64,000 nt of DNA, taken from IMG/VR virus record IMGVR_UViG_3300017783_004014. One strand, given 5' to 3'. A program made the position numbers and the translations under genes. Shown here piece after piece: positions 20,042-29,010 of the stretch. A model generated the notes under the pieces. It made no database searches. It was given only the letters and a program-made list of their open reading frames with translations, and was not told the DNA's origin. This DNA is from a virus. Each line of letters starts with the position of its first letter. Within the stretch, counting starts at the first letter, position 1.

Positions 20042-20318
20042 TGTAGTTCATTTGATTAATGCAGATGTGAAGGCTACTGATATTTTTAAAAACATTAAAA
20101 CCCTTCGCCTTAATAAGCGAGGGGTTTCTTTAATGAAGCGGCAATTTGATAATTGGACTGTGGACAGTATGGAAATAAATGGAAAAAATCTAATAAGTCT
20201 AATGCGTAAAATGACTTATCCCTATTATATAGATAAAAAAATTTTAATACTTTTTACAGAAAGAGATGCATTTATGGCAAAGTTAGCTGGTGCTCAAGGA
20301 TGGATAGATGGCAAATAA
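20001..20318 (+). CDS. Hypothetical protein
   Basis: Coupled ORF; start uncertain. Confidence 0.55.
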   Translation: MVKQSQEITKIQNNVVHLINADVKATDIFKNIKTLRLNKRGVSLMKRQFDNWTVDSMEINGKNLISLMRKMTYPYYIDKKILILFTERDAFMAKLAGAQGWIDGK

Positions 20319-21084
20319 AATAGTTATATTCGGTGATAGTTACGCTAACAGTGAACCTGTAGACTGGAGTTGGAGTAATGCATTAAAAGAACATTACACA
20401 GTTAATAATTATGCATATGCCGGAAGTAGTGATGTATACAGTAGAATACAATTGTTTGATTATTTACAAAGTAACGAATATAATAAAGATGATGTTATAT
20501 TATTTTTTGCTACATCTTTATGGAGAATGAATCTTTTAAATGTATTTGAAAAAATTACTACACAATCAACATACATGTCACATGCATACATAGAGCTAGG
20601 AAAATTTACAAAAAATGCTGAAAACACCATTGAAGGAAATGATATAAATTTAATAAAATCTGATCCAGAATTTTTTGACAAGTATCATGAATACCTACGA
20701 GGTGATACAGATAATTTATATAAACAAAGATTGCTAAATGCAAAACTATTAAAAGGTCTTCCTAATTTTACAGTGTATTATGATACATTTTATAAAACAC
20801 ATGAAGAAGTTTACAAAGACCAAATCTCATCTGATGGTTCTTTAATTAGGCAAACAGAAATATTTGAAAGAACCATGCTACAAGATGATCAATTATTTCT
20901 ATATGTAAAAGGAGAGCTTGCATATGAATGTGGAAAACATCCAAAACATAGAATGAGTGTTGAAAACAAAATACATAATCATTTAAATAGAAAACAAAAT
21001 GAATTGTTTTTAGAACAAGTTTTGAAAACAATAGAAAGCAAAAGAAATAAATTTAACGAACAAGAAATATTTAAATTATTTTAA
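20308..21084 (+). CDS. SGNH/GDSL-like protein
   Basis: IVIFGDSYA, VNNYAYAGSS, C-terminal HNHL. Confidence 0.6.
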   Translation: MANKIVIFGDSYANSEPVDWSWSNALKEHYTVNNYAYAGSSDVYSRIQLFDYLQSNEYNKDDVILFFATSLWRMNLLNVFEKITTQSTYMSHAYIELGKFTKNAENTIEGNDINLIKSDPEFFDKYHEYLRGDTDNLYKQRLLNAKLLKGLPNFTVYYDTFYKTHEEVYKDQISSDGSLIRQTEIFERTMLQDDQLFLYVKGELAYECGKHPKHRMSVENKIHNHLNRKQNELFLEQVLKTIESKRNKFNEQEIFKLF

Positions 21085-21099
21085 TTAGGAAAACATATT

Positions 21100-21312
21100 A
21101 TGGCAAATAGAAATAATAAAGATTGGGATATTCCAGAAAAAATTAAAGTTTGGTGTACCGACAGAGACGAAGAAGTTGAAGTTGACTTTATTGAAAGAAG
21201 AGGCGACATGATACGAGTTAGTTTGCAAACAATTCCACTTAATTTTAAACGTATAAAACCTGGAGTATTTGTTGCAAATTTTAGTGGCATGGAATTTGTA
21301 ATGAAGCTATGA
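21100..21312 (+). CDS. Hypothetical protein
   Basis: 70-aa ORF with SD AGGA. Confidence 0.6.
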   Translation: MANRNNKDWDIPEKIKVWCTDRDEEVEVDFIERRGDMIRVSLQTIPLNFKRIKPGVFVANFSGMEFVMKL

Positions 21313-21605
21313 GTTTAGATTTACACGGATATACTATTCATAATGCATGGAAAATATTCAACGAACATGTTGAACAATGCTACTATAAAGAACAAAAGAA
21401 AACCGTAGTAATTACAGGACACGGACAAATTGGAGACGAACTTATTGCATGGGTTCATAATAATCAATTTACAGAACATTGCGAACGTTTAGATCCTAAT
21501 AAAGGTGCATATACTGTAAAGATAAAGAAGAAAAAATCTACACAAGAAGTAGATAAACAAGCTGTAGACCTGACTGCTCTTTATAAAAAATTCAATAAAA
21601 AATAA
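21309..21605 (+). CDS. Stand-alone Smr-domain protein
   Basis: LDLHGYTIHNA, VVITGHG, NKGAYTV. Confidence 0.85.
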   Translation: MSLDLHGYTIHNAWKIFNEHVEQCYYKEQKKTVVITGHGQIGDELIAWVHNNQFTEHCERLDPNKGAYTVKIKKKKSTQEVDKQAVDLTALYKKFNKK

Positions 21606-21624
21606 AAAAAGTAAGAAATATCGG

Positions 21625-21653
21625 TTGACACTACTTAAAAACTCGTGTAATGT
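21625..21653 (+). promoter_or_regulatory. Sigma70-type promoter for the MoxR gene
   Basis: (GG)TTGACA-N17-TAATGT in the intergenic gap; SD AAGGAG before ATG 21685. Confidence 0.65.
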
Positions 21654-21684
21654 ATAAGAGTAAGTTAAAACAAAGGAGACACAG

Positions 21685-22818
21685 ATGTCAACATTAGCAG
21701 TAAGCGAAGGTCGCACAGTAAAGATTTCAGAAGCACAAAAACTTATAGTTAGAGCTTTTAAAAAGAAACGTCCTGTATTTCTTTGGGGTCCTCCAGGCAT
21801 CGGTAAAAGTGAGCTTGTAGAAGGTATCGGAAACTCGGGTGCATTAGGTAAAACTCATGTGATTGATATGCGTCTTGCACTATTTGAACCAACTGACTTA
21901 CGAGGCTATCCTGTTCCTGATGTAAAGTCAGGTGTAATGAAGTGGCTCCCACCTGCAGACTTACCTACTGCTGAAATGGCAGCTATGTATGATACAATTA
22001 TTATGTTCTTAGATGAACTTAATAGTGCCGCACCAAGTGTTCAAGCAGCGGCATATCAGCTTACTCTTAATCGTCGAATTGGTCAGTATGTATTACCTGA
22101 CAATGTTGTTATTATCGCTGCTGGTAACAGAGAAACAGACAAAGGTGTTACTTATAGAATGCCTAAGCCACTTGAGAATCGTTTTGTACATTTTGAATTG
22201 CGTGTTGATTTCCAAGATTGGTTAAATTGGGCTGTTCAGCCTGCTAACAATATAGATGCTGATATTGTTGGTTACTTGTCTTTTGCTAAAGGTGATCTTT
22301 ATAACTTTGATCCACAGTCTAGCTCACGTGGATTTGCTACTCCTAGAGCTTGGACATTTACAAGTGAATTACTTGAAGATGATGAAGAACTCTCAGACAG
22401 CATGATGACTGATCTTGTTGCTGGTTGTGTTGGAGAAGGTATTGCTGTAAAGTTTATGGCACATAAGAAGATTGCAGGTGACCTTCCTATTCCTGAAGAT
22501 GTACTTGACGCTAAGGTAAAGCGTGTAGAGAACACTGAAGTATCTGCTTGTTATGCTCTTGCTACTAGCCTTTGTTACGAACTACGTGATAGGCATATTG
22601 TTGGTGAGAAAGCTGGTGCAGATTCTAAAGAAATGGCAAAGTATTACAAGAGCTATTCAAATATGATCAGCTTTATGATGGACAACTTTGAAACTGAAAT
22701 GGTTATTATGGCTAGTAGGGTTGCAATGCAACAATACAAGTTGATGCCTAAGCAAGATAAAGTTGAACGATTTGAGGAGTATTTCCAACGTTATGGTAAG
22801 CTCGTACTTGACTCCTAA
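21685..22818 (+). CDS. MoxR-like AAA+ ATPase
   Basis: GPPGIGKS, FLDELN, AAGNR, NRFVH, TPRAW. Confidence 0.9.
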   Translation: MSTLAVSEGRTVKISEAQKLIVRAFKKKRPVFLWGPPGIGKSELVEGIGNSGALGKTHVIDMRLALFEPTDLRGYPVPDVKSGVMKWLPPADLPTAEMAAMYDTIIMFLDELNSAAPSVQAAAYQLTLNRRIGQYVLPDNVVIIAAGNRETDKGVTYRMPKPLENRFVHFELRVDFQDWLNWAVQPANNIDADIVGYLSFAKGDLYNFDPQSSSRGFATPRAWTFTSELLEDDEELSDSMMTDLVAGCVGEGIAVKFMAHKKIAGDLPIPEDVLDAKVKRVENTEVSACYALATSLCYELRDRHIVGEKAGADSKEMAKYYKSYSNMISFMMDNFETEMVIMASRVAMQQYKLMPKQDKVERFEEYFQRYGKLVLDS

Positions 22819-23131
22819 ACTAAAAGATGGGGAGAGTGTAGACGACCTCTCCCTTTATTCACCTAGAGAAAGAACTAATATTAGACTTTACGGGTTAGCA
22901 TACAAAGATTATACTCCACAAATGATATCTGAATATAGAAAAAAATGGGCTAAAAATTGTGAAACTGTTACTATTAGATCTAAATTAGACGAAGCAACTC
23001 GATGGTGTAAAACAAATTTATATCATCATGATTTTACAGTTCTTAGATTTGCTAATCCAGATGATAGTCATAGCATACATTTCAAAAACCCAGAAGATGC
23101 AATGATTTTTAAACTTTCATTTTCCGGTTGA
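22763..23131 (+). CDS. Hypothetical protein (true start probably downstream, e.g. ATG 22922)
   Basis: ORF 5' part overlaps the MoxR end and terminator; C-terminal WC...F...DA..FKL pattern. Confidence 0.45.
   Translation: MNDLRSISNVMVSSYLTPKLKDGESVDDLSLYSPRERTNIRLYGLAYKDYTPQMISEYRKKWAKNCETVTIRSKLDEATRWCKTNLYHHDFTVLRFANPDDSHSIHFKNPEDAMIFKLSFSG
22830..22859 (+). terminator. Putative intrinsic terminator
   Basis: GGGAGAG-N10-CTCTCCC followed by TTTATT, 11 nt after the MoxR stop. Confidence 0.55.
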
Positions 23132-23155
23132 CATTAAATACATGTGTGTTATTAT
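23128..23155 (+). promoter_or_regulatory. Sigma70-type promoter for the VWA gene
   Basis: (GG)TTGACA-N16-TATTAT with extended TGn; SD AGGAG before ATG 23185. Confidence 0.7.
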
Positions 23156-23184
23156 ATAATATAATGAGAAGTTAGGAGACTTTC

Positions 23185-24375
23185 ATGTTAGACTTAAAAA
23201 CTGCAGAACAACGTATTACACAAAGTCGTGTAAGATTGCTTTTAAATAAACCTTTTTTTGGACAATTAGCAACACGTTTACGTTTAGAAGATGCAAGTAA
23301 CAATATCCCTACAGCCGCAACAGATGGTCGTAGGTTTCTCTTTAATAGAGAATTCGTTGATAGTCTCACAGACAACGAACTTGATTTTTTAGTAGGACAT
23401 GAAGTAATGCATTGTGTGTACGATCACATGGAAGCACGTGGTGATAGAGAGCCTCGCTTATACAATGCGGCAGCAGACTATAATATTAACATGACATTAG
23501 TAGAACAAAGTGTAGGCGATCCTATTGGTGAAGATAAATTAGGTGGCGGCAAGATTTGTTTAGATTGGAAATATCAAGGCTGGAATAGCTATGAGATTTA
23601 TGACGACTTATTTGAGAAGAAATCACAAGCTAAAAGCATGGATGTTCACCTTGATCCAAACGGTAGTGGCAACGAAGATGGCGAAGGCCAAGGTGTTGAA
23701 ATCCCAATGACTAGTGAAGAGCGTAAAGCTCTTGCTGATGAGATTAAGCAAGCTACAATACAAGCGGCACAGTCTGCAGGCGAAGGTGTTCCTGAAGCTG
23801 TAAAAAGAATGATAAATGAATTAATTGCGCCTAAAATGGATTGGCGTGATATTCTTAGAACACAATTAGAAAGTTCAATTAAAAATGACTTTACTTTTAT
23901 GCGTCCTAGTAAACGTAGCGGTGAAGTTATTTTTCCTGGTATGAACAAAGATGAAGAACTTAATTTGTTTATTGCACTTGACACTAGTGGTAGTATTACA
24001 AAAGAAATACTACGTGATTTCTTAAGCGAAGTGCAAGGTATTATGGATCAATACAACAGCTATAAAATTACTGTCGTACAGTTTGATACCAACGTATATG
24101 GTGTAGATACTTTTACAAGCGATGATGGACGTACAATGGCTGAATACGAGCTTGTAGGCGGCGGCGGTACTGACTTTGAAATAGTATTTAAATATATGGA
24201 ACAAGAAGACATCTTTCCAGATCAGCTGGTGATGTTTACAGACGGATATCCATGGGGCTCATGGGGTAATCCAGATTACTGCGATACATGTTTTGTAGTT
24301 CATAGTAATCACGATAAAAATTTACAGGCACCATTTGGTGTAACTGTTCATTATGAGAAAGCGATAGCGGCATGA
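23185..24375 (+). CDS. DUF2201-type metallopeptidase-like plus VWA-domain protein (MoxR partner)
   Basis: TAATDG, GHEVMH (HExxH), ALDTSGS MIDAS, GGGGTDF, FTDGY. Confidence 0.88.
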   Translation: MLDLKTAEQRITQSRVRLLLNKPFFGQLATRLRLEDASNNIPTAATDGRRFLFNREFVDSLTDNELDFLVGHEVMHCVYDHMEARGDREPRLYNAAADYNINMTLVEQSVGDPIGEDKLGGGKICLDWKYQGWNSYEIYDDLFEKKSQAKSMDVHLDPNGSGNEDGEGQGVEIPMTSEERKALADEIKQATIQAAQSAGEGVPEAVKRMINELIAPKMDWRDILRTQLESSIKNDFTFMRPSKRSGEVIFPGMNKDEELNLFIALDTSGSITKEILRDFLSEVQGIMDQYNSYKITVVQFDTNVYGVDTFTSDDGRTMAEYELVGGGGTDFEIVFKYMEQEDIFPDQLVMFTDGYPWGSWGNPDYCDTCFVVHSNHDKNLQAPFGVTVHYEKAIAA

Positions 24376-24734
24376 TAGAAATAATTGTTGGAACTGTCAT
24401 TTATACTGCAACCCTTTTGGGTTGCTATGATGGCGATACATGTAAAATTAAATTTGATAATGCTCCCGAAATACTTGCGGAGCAATCATTGAGATTTCAA
24501 GGATTTGATACACCTGAATTAAAAGGTAAATGTGAATCAGAAAAATCTAAGGCTAGAATAGCAAAAGAGATTACTACCGAATATATGAAAATAGTAGGTA
24601 AGATTTATGCAACAGGCGATCGAGGTAAGTATGGTAGATTACTTGTTACAGCGCCTATATTGCAAGAGCAGCTAATTACAGATGGTTTTGCTAGACCCTA
24701 CGACGGCGGCACACGACAGGGATGGTGTCCGTGA
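24372..24734 (+). CDS. Thermonuclease (SNase-like)
   Basis: YDGDT, RFQGFDTPE, GKYGRLL, QLITDGFARPYDGG. Confidence 0.85.
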   Translation: MIEIIVGTVIYTATLLGCYDGDTCKIKFDNAPEILAEQSLRFQGFDTPELKGKCESEKSKARIAKEITTEYMKIVGKIYATGDRGKYGRLLVTAPILQEQLITDGFARPYDGGTRQGWCP

Positions 24735-25030
24735 ATCACATCAAGTTGGTAGAGAATGGTGGAAGCCTAAGCGAATCTGACTTGCAACTTATTGCAGGCA
24801 GTGAACTTGTTTTTCAAATGATGAGAAACAGGTTAGTTGTTGTAACAGACAACAGTGATATAGATTGGAGTGGACTAACAGATGACTTGTTAGGACTTTA
24901 TCATATCCGAACACTTGATAGATCTAAACAGGTATATCAAGTGTGGTTTGAAATTGAAGCTGATATTCAACGATTCAAACAAAACCTTATGGTAGGTAAA
25001 TTGAGCAATACCGCACATGCCGAATCATAA
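24722..25030 (+). CDS. Hypothetical protein
   Basis: Coupled ORF, 102 aa. Confidence 0.6.
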   Translation: MVSVNHIKLVENGGSLSESDLQLIAGSELVFQMMRNRLVVVTDNSDIDWSGLTDDLLGLYHIRTLDRSKQVYQVWFEIEADIQRFKQNLMVGKLSNTAHAES

Positions 25031-25076
25031 ATAAACATAGTATTTAATGAGCTTACTAATTTTAGGAGAAAAGTAA

Positions 25077-25355
25077 ATGAGTGAAGAAAATGAAAATCAA
25101 GTAGATGATGGCACAGAAGAGATTGTTACTAAACAACCTGAAACTGTCAATCTAGCACTTAATGATATTGTTCTTGCGGCTAATATCATTGATCTTGCAA
25201 CACAACGTGGTGCATTTAAAGCCGCAGAAGCAGGCCAAGTTGGCGCATGCTTTAACAAACTAGTTGCTTTTGTAAAAGCAACACAAGATGCAAAAGCTGA
25301 ATCAGAAGGAGCACCAGATGCTACTACAGAAGAGGCAGCTTCAGAGGAGGCATAA
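25077..25355 (+). CDS. Acidic hypothetical phage protein
   Basis: SD AGGAG; CATAAATA upstream at 25026-25033; IIDLATQRGAFKA core. Confidence 0.7.
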   Translation: MSEENENQVDDGTEEIVTKQPETVNLALNDIVLAANIIDLATQRGAFKAAEAGQVGACFNKLVAFVKATQDAKAESEGAPDATTEEAASEEA

Positions 25356-25360
25356 AAACA

Positions 25361-25981
25361 ATGAGTAGAAATATAAAACATGTTGGACAGATAGTTAACA
25401 CACAAAAACGTTGCGTTGTTGTGTTTCGTGAACTTCCAGATGATCCAAATCAATGCTTAGTGGTAGACACTGATGCACTTCCTGATTGGATGCATGATAA
25501 TGTAATCAATGCTAGTGAGTCACCAGGCGCCCAAGCAAGTGCAAACTTTTACGAGTATGCAGAAAGATCAGTAATGTCTGATGGAACTAATATGCTACAG
25601 ACATTGCACAAAACAGGTCGTCTAATGAAGACACCTACTGATAATGTTAAGATGACACCTAACAATGCGGTAAGCATTGGTCTTACAGAACTAAACAATA
25701 TTATTCGTGAACAGTCAAGTGGAGAACCTGTTGTTAAGCCAGATGATACACAGAGTAATATGGTTGGCAAAGATGTATTAGCAGATACAACATCAGAAAC
25801 AATTACTGAAAGTTCTGTTCCTCAAACATCAGATGCTATGGATCCACAAGACCTAGCAAAGAATCTTCTTGCACAAGCAAAAACGTTTGAACAAGAAGCA
25901 AAGTCTCTTAAAAAACAAGCGTATGACCTAGCACCTAATTTAAAGCCGGGTCCAAAAAAGACAACCGCTACGGTTGAATAA
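25361..25981 (+). CDS. Hypothetical phage protein
   Basis: 206-aa ORF with SD. Confidence 0.7.
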   Translation: MSRNIKHVGQIVNTQKRCVVVFRELPDDPNQCLVVDTDALPDWMHDNVINASESPGAQASANFYEYAERSVMSDGTNMLQTLHKTGRLMKTPTDNVKMTPNNAVSIGLTELNNIIREQSSGEPVVKPDDTQSNMVGKDVLADTTSETITESSVPQTSDAMDPQDLAKNLLAQAKTFEQEAKSLKKQAYDLAPNLKPGPKKTTATVE

Positions 25982-26001
25982 TCATAAAAAGGTTTGTAAG
26001 A

Positions 26002-26304
26002 TTGCCGATAGAACGCAAAGATAGATCATTTGATTTGATTTTTGATCAAGTTACAATGGATCATGTTCCGGCTGACTACATAGACGAAGTTCATATTCAT
26101 ATGTTAAGTGGCGACACAGTTGTCCTTTCTAAAGAAGATTTACTTTTGCTACGTAATAGTCCGGATACAAAAGAAGATATCATTAGTACATTAATACGTG
26201 ATGATATGAGTGAGATTAGTCTTAAATTAGATTATGATGCAATTAAGAGCGATGTGTTAAGCGGTGTAACAAATTTTTTAGGCAAATACTTTGACGACAA
26301 GTAA
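26002..26304 (+). CDS. Hypothetical protein
   Basis: 100-aa ORF, TTG start. Confidence 0.55.
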   Translation: MPIERKDRSFDLIFDQVTMDHVPADYIDEVHIHMLSGDTVVLSKEDLLLLRNSPDTKEDIISTLIRDDMSEISLKLDYDAIKSDVLSGVTNFLGKYFDDK

Positions 26305-26953
26305 CATATGGTTTTGCGGTATACCAGGTAGTAGATGGAGTGGCATTGATATACAGATGCGCTCTATCTTAACCTGTGACAGATCAGACGAAACTCCAGA
26401 CAGAACACAATATCATAGACCAGTAACACCCGGCGATCCTGATAACGGACATCGAGGAAGTTATTGGGGACCAGGAATGGGATGCGGAGAAGATTGGATA
26501 GACTTTAATTTTCTTACACCTAATAAACTACAGGATGATATAAACAACGTGTTCTCTGGTAGCGGTTATCGCATCATCAAAGGACATGTATTTGCAAGAC
26601 ATTTCAATTTAGATTATATTTGGAATCACTTCAAAGGTGATAAAATAGTTTTGATTTATCGAGAACCACAAAAAAGTTTTGCTTGGTGGAGCGAAGTCAT
26701 GTGTTTTGATGAAGACCATTATCCAGACTACAGACCTGGTTACAAAGACTATAATAGAATGTGGGAATTACTTTGGCAGGAAAGTAGTAATATTACAGAC
26801 TTTGCCTTTCGTAAAGGCATGAACTTTTCTCAGTATAATGTAAAACTATTTGAACAATGGAATGGCTATAAACAAAGTGTTGCACAACCTTTTTTAGATA
26901 TTAATAAAAACAAACACAGTGACGTCTACATTGCTACAGCTACAATTGACTAG
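26291..26953 (+). CDS. Sulfotransferase-like P-loop protein
   Basis: WFCGIPGSRWSG resembles the 5'-PSB loop; IIKGH; KIVLIYREP resembles the 3'-PB motif. Confidence 0.5.
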   Translation: MTTSNIWFCGIPGSRWSGIDIQMRSILTCDRSDETPDRTQYHRPVTPGDPDNGHRGSYWGPGMGCGEDWIDFNFLTPNKLQDDINNVFSGSGYRIIKGHVFARHFNLDYIWNHFKGDKIVLIYREPQKSFAWWSEVMCFDEDHYPDYRPGYKDYNRMWELLWQESSNITDFAFRKGMNFSQYNVKLFEQWNGYKQSVAQPFLDINKNKHSDVYIATATID

Positions 26954-26961
26954 CATAAATA
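26954..26961 (+). promoter_or_regulatory. Late-promoter-like CATAAATA before the first cluster radical SAM gene
   Basis: Intergenic, 47 nt upstream of ATG 27009; short AT-rich word. Confidence 0.45.
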
Positions 26962-27008
26962 ACGTAGTAGAAGGTGCAGACGAACTTGCACAAAAAAAAG
27001 AGTAATTA

Positions 27009-28430
27009 ATGTCAGAACAAGATCATCCGCTTCCATCGGATACCTTCTGTATACTTCCATGGATTCATTTATCAACAAGACCAGACGGTAGTATGCGAGT
27101 ATGTTGTACAGCAAATGCAAGTGCCGTAGGCGCTACAAATGATAAAGAACACGGAGGCCGTGTTGGAATTGTTAAAACAGAAGATGGAAAACCTGCAAAC
27201 CTAAACAACAGCGATCTCGATAGTGCATGGAATAACACCTACATGCGTAGTGTTAGACAAATGATGATTGCAGGTGAAAAGCCAGCTAGTTGTTTAAAAT
27301 GCTACAAAGAAGAAGCTGCAGGACACAGATCAAAACGCCAATGGGAAACACAATATTGGATTAATAATGGTATTGATCCAAATCAATTAATAGAAGAAAC
27401 ATTTGAAGATGGTTCAACCAACGCTAATCTAGTTTATATAGATATTCGTATGGGAACAAAATGCCAACTAGGTTGTGTAATGTGTAGCCCACATGACTCA
27501 AGTGGTTGGGTTAAAGATTTCCAAAAAATTTATCCTAAAATTGAAAACCCTGTTCTAAAAGAAACTATGGTATGGGAGAACAAAGGTAGAGAATTTGGTG
27601 CAAGTTACAATTGGCACAAAGATAATCCTACGTTCTGGAATCAATTTTATGCTCAAGTTCCCAATATGAGACAATTGTATTTTGCAGGTGGCGAATCAAC
27701 TGTTATTAACGAACATTATGAAATACTAGACAAAGTAATTGAGATGGGCTATGCTAGCGGCATGGAAGTTAGATACAATTCAAATGGTATTGAAATTCCT
27801 GACAGACTACTAGAACAATGGAAACACTTTAAGAAAGTAAGATTTCATTATTCAGTTGATAGTATAGGTGTAATGAATGACTATATTAGATATCCAAGCA
27901 AATGGGAACATAATCTAAAACAATTTGAATTACTTGATACTAAAACATCAAACAATGTAGAAATTACTATTGCTTGTGCAGTAAATGCTCTTAACATTTA
28001 TTATATTCCAGACTTCCTTAAATGGAAACTTCAGGATAGCGGACTACATAAAACAAACATGTGGCCATTTGGTGCAGGTGGTATTAACTATCACTTTGTA
28101 TACTGGCCAGGACACTTAAATGTTAAAGTGCTTCCACGAGAATTCATAGATAAATGCGAAGCTAAGTATGAAGAATTTATTGAATGGTGGAAAGAAAATT
28201 GGGAACTAGGTGTTCCTAGTTGGCACAAAGGAAAAGTTACATACGAACAATGGGAAAATGCAAACTACGGTATTAAAAGACTTCGTGGTATGATCAATTT
28301 TGCACGTAGTGAAGATTGGACACGTAGACTTCCAGAGTTCAGAGAATATTTAACAAAGCTAGATGAACAACGTGGCACAGATTTTCGTGCTACATTTCCA
28401 GAAATGGCTTATTTATTAGACGAGGAATAA
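27009..28430 (+). CDS. N-terminal-twitch radical SAM protein (cluster RS1)
   Basis: FCILPW..GSMRVCC..SCLKC..SKR; CQLGCVMC; FAGGE. Confidence 0.92.
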   Translation: MSEQDHPLPSDTFCILPWIHLSTRPDGSMRVCCTANASAVGATNDKEHGGRVGIVKTEDGKPANLNNSDLDSAWNNTYMRSVRQMMIAGEKPASCLKCYKEEAAGHRSKRQWETQYWINNGIDPNQLIEETFEDGSTNANLVYIDIRMGTKCQLGCVMCSPHDSSGWVKDFQKIYPKIENPVLKETMVWENKGREFGASYNWHKDNPTFWNQFYAQVPNMRQLYFAGGESTVINEHYEILDKVIEMGYASGMEVRYNSNGIEIPDRLLEQWKHFKKVRFHYSVDSIGVMNDYIRYPSKWEHNLKQFELLDTKTSNNVEITIACAVNALNIYYIPDFLKWKLQDSGLHKTNMWPFGAGGINYHFVYWPGHLNVKVLPREFIDKCEAKYEEFIEWWKENWELGVPSWHKGKVTYEQWENANYGIKRLRGMINFARSEDWTRRLPEFREYLTKLDEQRGTDFRATFPEMAYLLDEE

Positions 28431-28431
28431 C

Positions 28432-29010
28432 ATGAAATATTTATTAGTTGCACTTGAAACAGAAGTGCCAGACATTCAATTACCTGATGATTACACACTA
28501 ATGATTACAGGTGTTGGTAAAGTAAACGCTACCATTATGGCTACTATTGCAGCTCTTAGCAAAGACTGTGAATGTATTATTAATTATGGAACAGCAGGAA
28601 CTTTCAATTCTAAGCTAATTAACAAACTACATAGAATTGGAATAGTAAAACAGCGAGATATGGATGCTCGCCCACAAGCAAAGTTAGGCATTACACCCTT
28701 TGAAGAAACAGATTTCAAAGGAGACTTAGCAATTTATCCAGGTAGTAACTATACGTTAAGCACAGGTGATAACTTTGTTAAAACCAAACAAAAAGTAAAA
28801 TCAGATCTTGTTGACATGGAAGGTTATGCTATTGCTAAAGTAGCTGGTATGTTTAACAAGCCATGTATACTACTTAAATATGCAAGCGACTTAGCTGATG
28901 ACAAGGCACCAGAAGATTGGCTTGCTAATCAAGCAAATGGTAAAAATATGTTTTTAGCTTGGTTAGATGACATGGAAAAGAATATTCAAGAATTAAAAAA
29001 TGAGCAATAA
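28432..29010 (+). CDS. mtnN: 5'-methylthioadenosine/S-adenosylhomocysteine nucleosidase
   Basis: GVGKVNA, INYGTAG, STGDNFV, VDMEGYAIA, KYASDLAD. Confidence 0.85.
   Translation: MKYLLVALETEVPDIQLPDDYTLMITGVGKVNATIMATIAALSKDCECIINYGTAGTFNSKLINKLHRIGIVKQRDMDARPQAKLGITPFEETDFKGDLAIYPGSNYTLSTGDNFVKTKQKVKSDLVDMEGYAIAKVAGMFNKPCILLKYASDLADDKAPEDWLANQANGKNMFLAWLDDMEKNIQELKNEQ

Noticed and set aside
25077-25355. Acidic 92-aa ORF as a RiPP precursor for the radical SAM cluster
   Set aside because: It has a helical globular core, only one Cys, no repeated core motif and no PqqD/RRE partner; no convincing precursor was found anywhere near the cluster
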